Assembly (NCBI GenBank): GCA_043759315.1
Contig: JAYVLW010000136.1
Span: 1 to 61,566, forward strand
DNA: 61,566 nucleotides
Direction: 5' to 3'
Source: Myxococcales bacterium
Lineage (GTDB): Bacteria; Myxococcota_A; Polyangia; Haliangiales; Haliangiaceae
In this document: positions 49,930 through 61,566 of the stretch, piece by piece
How the letters are laid out: every line of letters starts with the position of its first letter
Position numbering within the stretch: position 1 is the stretch's first letter
Notes under the pieces: model-generated
Databases searched by the model: none
What the model was told of the DNA's origin: nothing
Seen by the model: only the letters and a program-made list of their open reading frames with translations
Translations under genes and position numbers: made by a program

Positions 49930-50615
49930 CTACCGCCGCGTCCCGATCACGATGAACTGATCGGGCAGCTTGGTCGGCGAGACCTGCGCATCGAGTCCCG
50001 CGCCGCGGAGATCCGCGAGGATCGCTTCGGGCACGAGTCGATGCTTCTTCGGTGGCCCGTGGTTCGCCTCCTGGGTGAAGTCCACGATCGCGACCTGCCC
50101 GCCGGGCTTGAGCGCCGCGGCGAGGCCGGCGGCGTAGTGCGCGCGATCGGCGATGTGGTGCCAGACGTCGACGACGAGGATCCGATCCACGGTGTTCGTC
50201 TCGAGCCGTGGGTCATCTCCGGTGGACTGCACCGCACGAACGTTCGGGAGCCGCTCCTTCGTGGCGCGCTCGGTCAGGTAGCGCACCATGTCGGGCTCGA
50301 TGTCGGTCGCGATCACCTGCCCCGACGGCACCGCGCGCGCGAGCCGAACGGTGAAGTAGCCGGTGCCGGCGCCGACATCTGCCACGGTCATCGCGGGCGT
50401 CAGCCCGAGCGCCGCGAGTACCGCGTCGGGCTGCTGCCACGCATCACGGGCTGGATCGTCGAACACCTTCGCCCACTGGTCCGCGTTGTCGAAGCGGTGG
50501 ACCATCGTCGCCGGATGGTGATGTTCCGCACCGTGGGGCATCGGCTCCGCGGCGGGCCCGTGCGACCCGCCGCAGCCGAGCACCACCAGGACCGAGATCG
50601 AACCGATCGTGAGCT

Positions 50616-50619
<4 letters not shown>
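49930..50619 (-). CDS. class I SAM-dependent methyltransferase with a lipoprotein-type signal and a His-rich N-terminus
   Basis: ORF 49930..50619. [29 protein letters not shown] motif [13 protein letters not shown], post-I ATDIEP. Confidence 0.8.
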
Positions 50620-53860
<3,241 letters not shown>

Positions 53861-53864
<4 letters not shown>

Positions 53865-54883
53865 CGCGTCACCGTCACGGGCTGACCGTCCACGAGCGCC
53901 TCGGCTCCCTCGATCACGATCTGCTCGCCCTCGCGGACTCCGGAGCGAAGCTCGACGCGCTCGTTCGCCACGCGGCCACTGCGCACGAGCCGCATGCGCG
54001 CCGTTCCATCGACGACCGTGTAGACCGCCTCGAGCTGTCCGCGCCGGATCACCGCGCGATCGGGCACCGTGAGTGCGCGGACCTCGCTCGCCGGCACCGT
54101 CGCTCGACCGAAGGCGCCGGCGCGCACCCGCGGATCGGGCGACAGGGCGAGCTTGACGAGCACGGTCCGGCTCGTCGCATCTGCGTTGGGGCTGATCTCC
54201 GCCACCGTCGCGGACAGCGGCACGTCGACGCTGTCGAGCGCGACCTGGATCGTGCTGCCCACGGCGAACGACCGCGCGAGCTGCTCGGGCACGGCGGCTT
54301 CGAACCGCAACGCGCTCGGGTCCTCGATCACGCACAGCGCTCGCCCCGGCATCGCCATGTCGCCGGCGTTCGCGGGCTTCGCGGTGACCACGCCCGCGAA
54401 CGGCGCCCGGACCACGGCATAGCCCGCCATGGTCGCCGCCTCGGCGCGGGCCGCCTGCGCGATGCGGTGACGCGACACCACGGCGTCGTACTCCGCACCC
54501 GGCAACGCACCCGTCGCGTGAAGCTTGGTCACCCGCGCGAGCTCGAGCTCCGCTTGCGCCAGGGACTCGCGCGCCTGGTCGAGGCGGGAGTTGAGCTCCT
54601 GCAACGACAGCCGGGCGATCAGCTCGCCCGCCTTGACGTGAGTCCCCAGGGCGCAGCGGAGCTCGATGATCTTGCCCATCACCGTGGGCGCCAGGTCGAC
54701 GGTGTCCTTCGCACGAACGGTGCCGATCACCTCCTCGCCGACCATCCGCGTGACGAGCTTCGCGGGCTCCGTGCGCACGGCACGCGAGGCGGGGAGCGGG
54801 TCCGCGGGAGGCTCGTGAGAGCGGCTGCAACCGATGAGCACCACCAGGGTGCCGAGAACGACGGAGGTCGAAGGAACCGACAT
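53861..54883 (-). CDS. RND periplasmic adaptor (membrane fusion protein) lipoprotein
   Basis: ATG at aa 291 of ORF 53861..55753 ([20 protein letters not shown]). Lipoyl/hairpin/beta-barrel MFP pattern (..RAPFAGVVT..). Its stop overlaps the RND ATG (ATGA). Confidence 0.85.
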
Positions 54884-54973
54884 TGGGTGGTCAGAGCCGG
54901 TCCCCTTCGAAACGATTCGGGAATTCGACTCGAACCCTTCGTGCCCCGGGTGGCTCTCCCGAGGGGTAAGGCC

Positions 54974-55720
54974 ATGTTCATCCTGGGTATCTGCGCGGCG
55001 CTGCTGATCGGAGCCTCGCTCGGTCTGTTCGGCGGCGGCGGCTCGATCCTGACGGTTCCAACCCTCCACTACATCTTCGGGATCGAGACCCACGCCGCGA
55101 TCACCGGATCCCTGCTCGTCGTCGGCGCCACGTCGCTGGTGACCCTGATTCCGCATCTCCGCGCCGGCCGCGTTCGCGTGCGGATCGGCCTGGTGTTCGG
55201 CGCGTCGTCGATGGTCAGCGCGTATGTCGCCGGCCGGCTGGCGAGGCACGTTCCGGCGGGAGTCCTGCTCGCCGCGTTCGCGCTGCTGATGGTGGTCGCG
55301 GGCATCGCGATGCTCCGTCCGCGCAGCGGGTCGGGATCCCGGCGTGCGCCTGTATGGCTCGTGGTGCAAGGGCTCGCGGTCGGTGCGATCACGGGCTTCG
55401 TGGGCGCGGGTGGCGGCTTCGTGATCGTGCCGGCGCTGGTGGTGCTCGTCGGCCTGGCGATGGAGGAAGCGGTCGCGACCTCGCTCCTGGTCATCACGTT
55501 GAACTCGTTCGTCGCGTTCGGCGCGACGGTGAGCTCCGTGACCCTCGATGGCGCGGTGCTGGGCGCGGTGCTCGCGGCCGCGATCGTCGGCGGCGTGATC
55601 GGGGGACGGCTCGCTTGTCGCGTCTCGCCCGCGCAGCTGCGGCGCTGGTTTGGCTTGCTGATCCTGGCGATGGCGGGGGTGATCCTCGGCGCGGAGCTCC
55701 CCACACTGCTCGGGGGCTGA
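54974..55720 (+). CDS. TauE/SafE family sulfite/anion exporter
   Basis: ATG at aa 170 of ORF 54467..55720. MFILGICAALLIGASLGLFGGGGSILTVP.. and a second GAGGGFVIVPALV repeat, about 8 TM helices. Confidence 0.85.
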   Translation: MFILGICAALLIGASLGLFGGGGSILTVPTLHYIFGIETHAAITGSLLVVGATSLVTLIPHLRAGRVRVRIGLVFGASSMVSAYVAGRLARHVPAGVLLAAFALLMVVAGIAMLRPRSGSGSRRAPVWLVVQGLAVGAITGFVGAGGGFVIVPALVVLVGLAMEEAVATSLLVITLNSFVAFGATVSSVTLDGAVLGAVLAAAIVGGVIGGRLACRVSPAQLRRWFGLLILAMAGVILGAELPTLLGG

Positions 55721-55765
55721 ATCCTTCCTGCGAGACCTGGCTCTCACGAGCAACAGGAGCCACCG

Positions 55766-56803
55766 ATGCTGTTTCGTCAGCTATTCGATCTCGCGACCTC
55801 GACCTACACGTATCTCCTCGCCGACGAGGATACCCGCGAGGCGATCATCATCGATCCGGTGCTCGAGCAGCTCGAGCGCGACGTCAAGCTGGTCGTCGAG
55901 CTCGGGCTCACGCTCACCCACGCGCTCGACACCCACGTCCACGCCGATCACGTGACGGCGACCGGTGCCCTGCGCGATCGCCTCGGGCTGCGGACCGTGC
56001 TCTCGGAGCGCGCCGGCGTCGGCCGCGCCGACCTGCTCGTGAAGGACGGCGACGTGATCCGGTTCGGCCGCTACGGCGTCGAGGTGCGCGAGACGCCCGG
56101 CCACACGCCCGGATGTCTGACGTTGGTCACGCTCGACCACGCGATGGCGTTCACCGGCGATGCGCTGCTGATCCGCGGCTGCGGCCGCACGGACTTCCAG
56201 CACGGCAGCGCGCAGCAGCTCTACCACTCGATCCACGACAAGCTGTTCAGCCTGCCACCGTCGACGTTGATCTACCCGGGGCATGACTACCAGGGCCGCA
56301 CGGTGACCACCGTCGACGAGGAGCGCCGGTTCAACCCGCGCCTCGGTAGCGATCAGACCGAAGCCGAGTTCGTCGGGATCATGAGCCGACTCGACCTCGC
56401 CTACCCGAAGCAGATCGACCGCGCGGTCCCGCGCAACCAGCAGCTCGGCTTTGACCCGATCTCGCTCGCGCCGAACCCCGACCGCGGCTGGGCACCGATC
56501 GAGGTCACCTCGGCCGGCATCCCCGAGATCGCGCCGGAGTGGGTCAAGGCGCACACCGCCGAAGTCACCGTGGTCGATGTTCGCGAGCCCGACGAGCTGG
56601 TCGGCGAGCTCGCGAAGATCCGCGAGGCCGATGCGATCCCGCTGGGCCAGTTCCCCGGTCGCCTCGTCGACGCTCGCCGCGATCTTCCGGTGGTGCTGGT
56701 CTGCCGCTCGGGAGGACGGTCGGCCAAGGCCGCGCTCGCACTGCTCGCCCTCGGCTTCTCGAAGGTCGCCTCGATGCGAGGCGGCATGAGAGCTTGGCTG
56801 TGA
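55766..56803 (+). CDS. persulfide dioxygenase (ETHE1/Blh-type MBL fold) fused to a rhodanese domain
   Basis: ORF 55766..56803, AGGAG upstream. ..STYTYLL.., HVHADH metal motif, ..TPGHTPGC.., ..YPGHDY... C-terminal rhodanese with active-site loop VCRSGGRS. Confidence 0.85.
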   Translation: MLFRQLFDLATSTYTYLLADEDTREAIIIDPVLEQLERDVKLVVELGLTLTHALDTHVHADHVTATGALRDRLGLRTVLSERAGVGRADLLVKDGDVIRFGRYGVEVRETPGHTPGCLTLVTLDHAMAFTGDALLIRGCGRTDFQHGSAQQLYHSIHDKLFSLPPSTLIYPGHDYQGRTVTTVDEERRFNPRLGSDQTEAEFVGIMSRLDLAYPKQIDRAVPRNQQLGFDPISLAPNPDRGWAPIEVTSAGIPEIAPEWVKAHTAEVTVVDVREPDELVGELAKIREADAIPLGQFPGRLVDARRDLPVVLVCRSGGRSAKAALALLALGFSKVASMRGGMRAWL

Positions 56804-56852
56804 TGCGCGCATCCGCTGCAGAGCGAGCCGAGCGCCACGCAGACCGTGCGCG

Positions 56853-57239
56853 CTAGGTCAGCCGCTCGAGCACGCGCGCCAGCTTGGCACGAACTTCCTC
56901 GGCGATCGGCAGCAGGCCCGCGTGCTGCGCGGCCATGGTCTGGGTCGGATCGACAGCGGTCACGACCGCACGCCCCGCGTCGTCCTCGTAGACCACCACG
57001 TTGCACGGCAACATCAAGCCGACGTCGAGCTCGGCCTGGAGCGCGCGATGCGCGAGTGGCGGATTGCACGCTCCGAGGATCTTGTAGCGCCGGAACTCGA
57101 TCCCGAGCTTGGCCTTGAGCGTGTCGCGAACATCGATCTCGGTGAGGACGCCGAACCCCTCGGTCTTGAGGGCGTCGACGACCTGCGTGAGAGCCGCTTC
57201 GTAGCCCGAGGACAGGGACTTCTTGAGTGCTGGCATCAT
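56853..57239 (-). CDS. DUF302 domain protein
   Basis: ATG at aa 107 of ORF 56853..57557. ..EGFGVLTEIDVRDTLKAKLG..YKILGACNP..LPCNVVVYE.. is the typical DUF302 pattern. Confidence 0.8.
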   Translation of the reverse strand: MMPALKKSLSSGYEAALTQVVDALKTEGFGVLTEIDVRDTLKAKLGIEFRRYKILGACNPPLAHRALQAELDVGLMLPCNVVVYEDDAGRAVVTAVDPTQTMAAQHAGLLPIAEEVRAKLARVLERLT

Positions 57240-57250
57240 GGGTGGCTCCT

Positions 57251-57634
57251 TCAACGTGCGACCGCGCGTGTTCCCACGGTCTTGGCGATCTCTGCATGGA
57301 CCTCCTGCATGTCCAGTGCCTGGATCTGCGCGACCAGCTTGTCGAGCGCTGCGGCCGGGAGCGCTCCCGCTTGCGAGAACACGAGCACACCATCGCGGAA
57401 CGCCATCAGCGTCGGGATCGCGCGGATCCCGAGCTCCCCCGCCAGCCGCTGCTCGGCCTCGGTGTCGACCTTTGCGAACACCACATCCGGGTGCCGCGCT
57501 GCGGCGGCCGTGAACACCGGTGCGAACGCGCGACACGGTCCGCACCACGAGGCCCACAGATCGACGAGAACGATGCCCTGCGCGACGGTGGATTCGAAGG
57601 TATCTGCAGTCAGGTCCTGGATCGCCATGGTCAT
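57251..57634 (-). CDS. thioredoxin
   Basis: ATG at aa 143 of ORF 57251..58060, GGAGG upstream. VDLWASWCGPCRAFAP active site. Confidence 0.9.
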   Translation of the reverse strand: MTMAIQDLTADTFESTVAQGIVLVDLWASWCGPCRAFAPVFTAAAARHPDVVFAKVDTEAEQRLAGELGIRAIPTLMAFRDGVLVFSQAGALPAAALDKLVAQIQALDMQEVHAEIAKTVGTRAVAR

Positions 57635-57680
57635 GCCTCCACGCGATGAGAGCCGCGCGGTGGGCAGAGGATTCGCGGGT

Positions 57681-58481
57681 TCAACGATTGGTCGGTGCGG
57701 CGATCGCCGCCAGGATCGCGCCGCGGACGGCCGCGCGGACCGGCGCCGGGACCGCGTCGCCCGGGATCCGGCGGCACAGCGAGACCGTGCGCTTGAGCGC
57801 GTCGCACGCTCCGGCGCAGCGGGGGCAGGTCGCGAGGTGCTTCTCGATCTGCACGCAGGTCGCCTGATCGATCTCGGCGCCGGCATACGCGGTGAGCTCC
57901 TGTGCGAGCTCGGGGCACGGCTCCACATCGGGCGAATCACCGAGCGCGGTTGCGAGCTCCCCGCGCAGCGCCATCCGCGCACGATGGAGCCGGCTCTTGA
58001 GCGCACCGACCTCGATGCCCACGACGGCCGCCGCCTCCTCGGCGCTGAGCCCCTCGACATCGCGGAGGATCAGGACCTCGCGCTGCTCGGGCGGCAGCAC
58101 GGCGATCGCGCGAGACAGGGCCGCGCCGATCTCCCGCGCGTGCAGCTGGGCATCGGGCTGAGGCGCGGGATCCGGAAGCTGGGCACCCGCGGCATCGTCG
58201 ATCGACTGCGTCGGGCGATCGCCGCGGCGCTCCTTGATGCAGAAGCTCCGGGCGATCTGGTAGAGCCACGTCGAGAGCGCGGCGTCGCCGCGGAACCCGG
58301 GCAGGTAGCGGAACGCGGCGAGCAGGGTCTCCTGCAGCACCTCGCGTGCCGCATCCTCGTTGCCGCACATGCGCAGCCCGAAGCGATAGATCGTGGGCTC
58401 GTAGCGCGCCAGCAGCTCGTCGATCGCGGCGCGGTCGCCGTCCCGCGCGGCGGAGATCAGGTCGGCGTCATCACGGTCCAT
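57681..58481 (-). CDS. ECF-type sigma-70 factor with a C-terminally fused zinc-binding anti-sigma (ZAS, HxxxCxxC) domain
   Basis: ORF 57681..58481. Sigma-2 (..YRFGLRMCGNEDAAREVLQETLLAAF..STWLYQIARS..), sigma-4 (..REVLILRDVEGLSAEEAAAVVGIEVGALKSRLHRAR..), then ..CPELAQELTAYAGAEIDQATCVQIEKHLATCPRC.. in the same frame with no intervening stop or Met. Confidence 0.85.
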   Translation of the reverse strand: MDRDDADLISAARDGDRAAIDELLARYEPTIYRFGLRMCGNEDAAREVLQETLLAAFRYLPGFRGDAALSTWLYQIARSFCIKERRGDRPTQSIDDAAGAQLPDPAPQPDAQLHAREIGAALSRAIAVLPPEQREVLILRDVEGLSAEEAAAVVGIEVGALKSRLHRARMALRGELATALGDSPDVEPCPELAQELTAYAGAEIDQATCVQIEKHLATCPRCAGACDALKRTVSLCRRIPGDAVPAPVRAAVRGAILAAIAAPTNR

Positions 58482-58564
58482 CGGCTGGCGGAGTCTACCC
58501 CGTCCTCCAGATCAGGCGAACCCTTCTCCTCTTCGCCGGCTCTAGCTGGTAAAGGAACATCACG

Positions 58565-58729
58565 ATGTGCCGAGCCGTGACCTGCAACCGATGTAAGAAG
58601 CCGTCCTGGGCGGGCTGTGGCGCCCACGTGGAGCAGGTGCTCGCGCACGTGCCGCAGGCCGACCGCTGCCAGTGTCCCCCGGCCCCGGGCATCATGAGCT
58701 CGATCCGCAAGCTGTTCGGCCTCGGCTGA
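58565..58729 (+). CDS. small Cys-rich protein (54 aa), not in the ORF track
   Basis: ATG 58565 to TGA 58727-58729 gives MCRAVTCNRCKKPSWAGCGAHVEQVLAHVPQADRCQCPPAPGIMSSIRKLFGLG. 7 Cys, GC3-rich codons, divergent from the ECF gene (83-nt spacer). Fills an otherwise empty 249-nt gap. Confidence 0.6.
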   Translation: MCRAVTCNRCKKPSWAGCGAHVEQVLAHVPQADRCQCPPAPGIMSSIRKLFGLG

Positions 58730-58730
58730 G

Positions 58731-60236
58731 TCACTTCGCGCACGTCGCGATGCGCAGCGCCTCGCGACGTGCGAGCTCCCACGCACCTTCGTCGGTCGGC
58801 CACGACGGGTCGCCCGACTTCGGCGCATCGCCGAGCGCCTCGGGCACCATCCTCGCGACGAGCGCTTCGGTCGCGGCCGCATCGCATGTCGCCGCGAGCT
58901 CGAGGAGGCGACGATCGTCCTGGCCGCGCCGCAGCGCTTCGAGGCGAAGCGTGGACCGACACCCGTGCGGATCCGGAAGCGCGAGCACGCCGTCGAGGTT
59001 GCCGTGGTCCTCGTCATTCGCGAAGCTCGTCGGATCGACGGTGGGATCGAGCGGCTTGCCGGGGGGTGGCGCACCCGCGCGGTTGTGACGATCGTGCCAG
59101 TAGATCGCGTCCCACACGTACCAGACCGGGATGTTCCAGCGGTACGCGATCCAGCCCCACGAGCGCGTCCCCGGCGTCGCGGCGTCGAGGACCATCGAGC
59201 CCGCGCGCGGCGGAGCACCGTTGTACGTCCACTGCGCTCCGCCCGCCGAGCGCGGCGTGCGCAGCGAGATGTAGAGGTCGATCAGATCACCGTACTCGGG
59301 CCGCGGGTCGTCGGTGACCGCGAACCGGAACGTCTTGGGTCCTCCACCAGCAGCGCGCACCACCCTCGCGAGCTCGATGACCTGCGCGCGCTTCTCCGGT
59401 GTTCCCGGCTCGTCGACCGGGATCGCGAACGGAAGGTGACGGGTACCCGCGGTCGCGGCGATCCACGCCTTGACGGCCGTCGCCGCCGCGGCCGGCTCGG
59501 TCGGGATCACCACCGGCAGGTCGCGCAGGTCCGGAAGGTCGGCCTTCCGCTGATCCCACCACTCGACGTGAAGGTCTGGCATGAACCCCACGCCGTGCGC
59601 TGCAAACATGCTCGCGCACGATCGCTCCTGCTCCGTCGGCGTCGCCGGCACGACGATCGTCGGCGGCGCACCGCTCGCCCACGCCAGCTCGCGCGGATCC
59701 TCGTACGCCCACACCCGCGCCTCGCCGTGTGGCATCACCACCGGGACGAGCGTCAACGTCACGGGGAGCTGCCGGTCACCGACAAACAGCTGTCCCTTGT
59801 ACGTCCCTGCTGCGAGCGTCGCCGACGGGCGAACCTCGAGATACGCCGGGTTCGTGCTCGCGGACTTCGCCGGCCGTAGCCCATCGGCGAACGTGCCCGT
59901 GCGACCGCCGCCGTACATCTCCGTCGACGCGCGCCTCACCGGGAAGCTCTCGACGTCGTAGGCGGCGACCTGCACGTTGCCGTCGTCGAACACCATGGAC
60001 GTGGGCCCCGCCGTGCGATGGAGGACCTGGAGACCGAGGGTCTCCCCGCGCGCCGCGACCAGCTCGACGGTGCCGTCGACGAGCCACGGCGTGCGCGCCG
60101 GGTACGGATCCTCGAGCCGCACCCGCGTGGACTCGCCGACGATCTGGAGGTCGGGGCCAGGATCCACCTTCCGGCGGCACCCGGGCGGGAGCGCACATGT
60201 GGCGGCCAGGCCCACGATGACGACGGCGGCTCTCAC
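58731..60236 (-). CDS. DUF4091-like (glycoside-hydrolase-like) lipoprotein
   Basis: ORF 58731..60344. GTG at 60236 gives (M)RAAVVIVGLAATCALPPGC lipobox; alternative ATG at 60290. C-terminal ..GWIAYRWNIPVWYVWDAIYWHD.. Trp-rich motif. Family assigned from memory. Confidence 0.65.
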   Translation of the reverse strand: MRAAVVIVGLAATCALPPGCRRKVDPGPDLQIVGESTRVRLEDPYPARTPWLVDGTVELVAARGETLGLQVLHRTAGPTSMVFDDGNVQVAAYDVESFPVRRASTEMYGGGRTGTFADGLRPAKSASTNPAYLEVRPSATLAAGTYKGQLFVGDRQLPVTLTLVPVVMPHGEARVWAYEDPRELAWASGAPPTIVVPATPTEQERSCASMFAAHGVGFMPDLHVEWWDQRKADLPDLRDLPVVIPTEPAAAATAVKAWIAATAGTRHLPFAIPVDEPGTPEKRAQVIELARVVRAAGGGPKTFRFAVTDDPRPEYGDLIDLYISLRTPRSAGGAQWTYNGAPPRAGSMVLDAATPGTRSWGWIAYRWNIPVWYVWDAIYWHDRHNRAGAPPPGKPLDPTVDPTSFANDEDHGNLDGVLALPDPHGCRSTLRLEALRRGQDDRRLLELAATCDAAATEALVARMVPEALGDAPKSGDPSWPTDEGAWELARREALRIATCAK

Positions 60237-60294
60237 GCTGTCCGCACCATGACGTGGCTCCGCGTCGGTTGCCAGCGTTGTACTGTGCATCGTC

Positions 60295-61455
60295 GTGTTG
60301 ACGCCGATCGTTGCCTTCGCCAAGGACTGGCACGAGGACCCCACCTCGAATCACCACGTCCTGCGCGAGCTGGCGAAGACGCGCCGCGTGCTGTGGTTGA
60401 ACTCGCTCGCCACGCGCACGCCGAAGCTGTCGTCCGGCCGCGACCTCGGGAAGATCAAGCGCAAGCTCGGCGAGTTCGTGCAGGGGCCGCAGAACGTGGA
60501 GAACGATCTGTGGGTGATGTCGCCGCTCGTGCTCCCGCTGCCGCACTCGGCGATCGCCCGCACGATCAATCGCCAGGTGCTGCGCGCCACGATCCGCGCC
60601 CTGCGCCTGCGCCTCGGCATCAAGGACTTCCAGCTGTGGACGTTCCTGCCGAATACCGCGGACTACGTCGGCACGCTCGGCGAGAGCCTGTCCGTCTACT
60701 ACTGCGTGGACGAGTGGTCGATGTTCTCCTACCTCGACAAGGCGCAGACCGTGGCGGCGGAGCGCAAGCTCCTCGATCGGGTGGACGCCGTGTTCGCGAT
60801 CAACCACGCCCTCGCCGATGCGAAGCGTACGTACCACGAGGCGACCTTCGTCTCGCCGCACGGCGTGGACCACGCGCTGTTTGCCCGCGCCCTCGACGAC
60901 GCCACGGTGGAGCCCGCCGACATCGTGTCCCTCCCCCATCCGCGGATCGGCTTCTACGGCACGCTGCAGACCTGGGTCGACTTCGAGTTGATCGCGCACG
61001 TCGCGCGGAACCGACCCGCCTGGCAGATCGTCCTGATCGGACAGCAGCTCGCGGATATCACGGCGCTCCGCGGGCTGCCGAATGTTCACCTGCTGGGCCA
61101 GAAGCGCCACGACGAGCTGCCCGCGTACTGCAAGGGCTTCGACGTCGGCATGATTCCCTATCGCATCGACGAGCGCATGGCGTTCGTCAACCCGCTCAAG
61201 CTCCGCGAGTACCTCTCCGCCGGGATCCCCGTGGTGTCCACGGCGGTGCCCGAGGTGATGCGATACGCGAGCCTGTGCGAGATCGCGACGACCCCCGACG
61301 ACTTCATCGCGGCCACCGAGCGCGCCCTCGCCGACACCACGCCGGCAGCCCGCCGTGCCCGCTCGGCCGCGATGACGACCGAGACCTGGGCGGCACGCGT
61401 CGCGGAGGTCACGCGGATCGTCGACCAGATCGCGCAGCGGAAGGCCGCACGATGA
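60295..61455 (+). CDS. GT-B fold glycosyltransferase (GT1/GT4-like)
   Basis: ORF 60295..61455 (GTG). ..IGFYGTLQTWVDFELI..VLIGQ..HLLGQKRHDELPAY..MIPY..NPLKLREYLSAGIPVVST.. Confidence 0.8.
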   Translation: MLTPIVAFAKDWHEDPTSNHHVLRELAKTRRVLWLNSLATRTPKLSSGRDLGKIKRKLGEFVQGPQNVENDLWVMSPLVLPLPHSAIARTINRQVLRATIRALRLRLGIKDFQLWTFLPNTADYVGTLGESLSVYYCVDEWSMFSYLDKAQTVAAERKLLDRVDAVFAINHALADAKRTYHEATFVSPHGVDHALFARALDDATVEPADIVSLPHPRIGFYGTLQTWVDFELIAHVARNRPAWQIVLIGQQLADITALRGLPNVHLLGQKRHDELPAYCKGFDVGMIPYRIDERMAFVNPLKLREYLSAGIPVVSTAVPEVMRYASLCEIATTPDDFIAATERALADTTPAARRARSAAMTTETWAARVAEVTRIVDQIAQRKAAR

Positions 61456-61566
61456 CAACGCTCGTCACCGGCGCGTCCGGTTCGCTCGGCAGCGCGATCG
61501 TCCAGCGCCTCCGCGCCGATGGTCACGTGGTCCGCGCGTTCCAGCGCCGCAGCCCCGCGAAGCCGC
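61452..61566 (+). CDS. NAD-dependent epimerase/dehydratase (SDR), N-terminal fragment; continues beyond the window
   Basis: ATG overlaps the upstream TGA (ATGA). MTTLVTGASGSLGSAIVQRL Rossmann GxxGxxG. Confidence 0.7.
   Translation, partial: MTTLVTGASGSLGSAIVQRLRADGHVVRAFQRRSPAKP

Noticed and set aside
54884-54973. Repeated ttcg/cgaa and gaattc palindromes in the MFP/TauE divergent spacer as an operator
   Set aside because: The half-sites are only 4-6 nt with irregular spacing. That is not distinguishable from chance without comparative data.

Overview
This is a high-GC (~70%) chromosomal segment. Its gene content looks myxobacterial (Myxococcota), which is an inference from the many lipoproteins, TPR/HEAT giants, Cys-rich beta-helix proteins and partner-switching modules. 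I call about 50 protein-coding genes. I saw no rRNA, tRNA, CRISPR array, transposase or integrase. All family names come from reading motifs by eye, since no HMM or BLAST search was possible.

Layout:
- 1-2811: a molybdopterin oxidoreductase (partial) lies divergent to a class III nucleotide cyclase.
- 2820-12283: a membrane-anchored STAND-like P-loop/HEAT protein plus a lipoprotein lie divergent to a translationally coupled operon of DUF4139, DUF4139, ABC ATPase and a membrane protein.
- 12285-12489: a lower-GC three-copy repeat element.
- 12502-15343: a Ca-binding lipoprotein with an apparent frameshift, an AraC regulator and a metal hydrolase.
- 15404-23680: a REC-like/RsbW-like kinase, a 2075-aa TPR protein and a STAS/zinc-ribbon/tail-anchored protein.
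- 23690-35775: OsmC, glgP and a run of secreted proteins and lipoproteins (Gly-rich beta-helix, CotH, lipase, pectin-lyase-fold).
- 35793-42553: a PAS protein divergent to HAMP-PP2C phosphatase, secreted TPR, orphan periplasmic binding protein and AraC.
- 43591-49926: a priming sugar transferase divergent to an operon of RsbW-like kinase, STAS, GT4, two PCP/Wzz proteins and a BY-kinase-like ATPase.
- 49930-54883: MFP, RND and an exported SAM methyltransferase.
- 54974-58729: a sulfur/thiol cluster with TauE, persulfide dioxygenase-rhodanese, DUF302, thioredoxin, an ECF sigma fused to a ZAS anti-sigma domain, and an unlisted 54-aa Cys-rich ORF.
- 58731-61566: a DUF4091-like protein, a glycosyltransferase and an epimerase (partial).

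Most gene junctions inside operons are 1-4 nt stop/start overlaps (ATGA, GTGA, TGATG, TAGTG, TTGA).

The most interesting candidates are the sigma-less partner-switching network (2 kinases, 2 STAS proteins, 1 PP2C), one arm of which is hard-wired into a polysaccharide operon, and the fused ECF/ZAS sigma next to sulfide-detoxification genes. Nothing here looks like a classical mobile or defence island.
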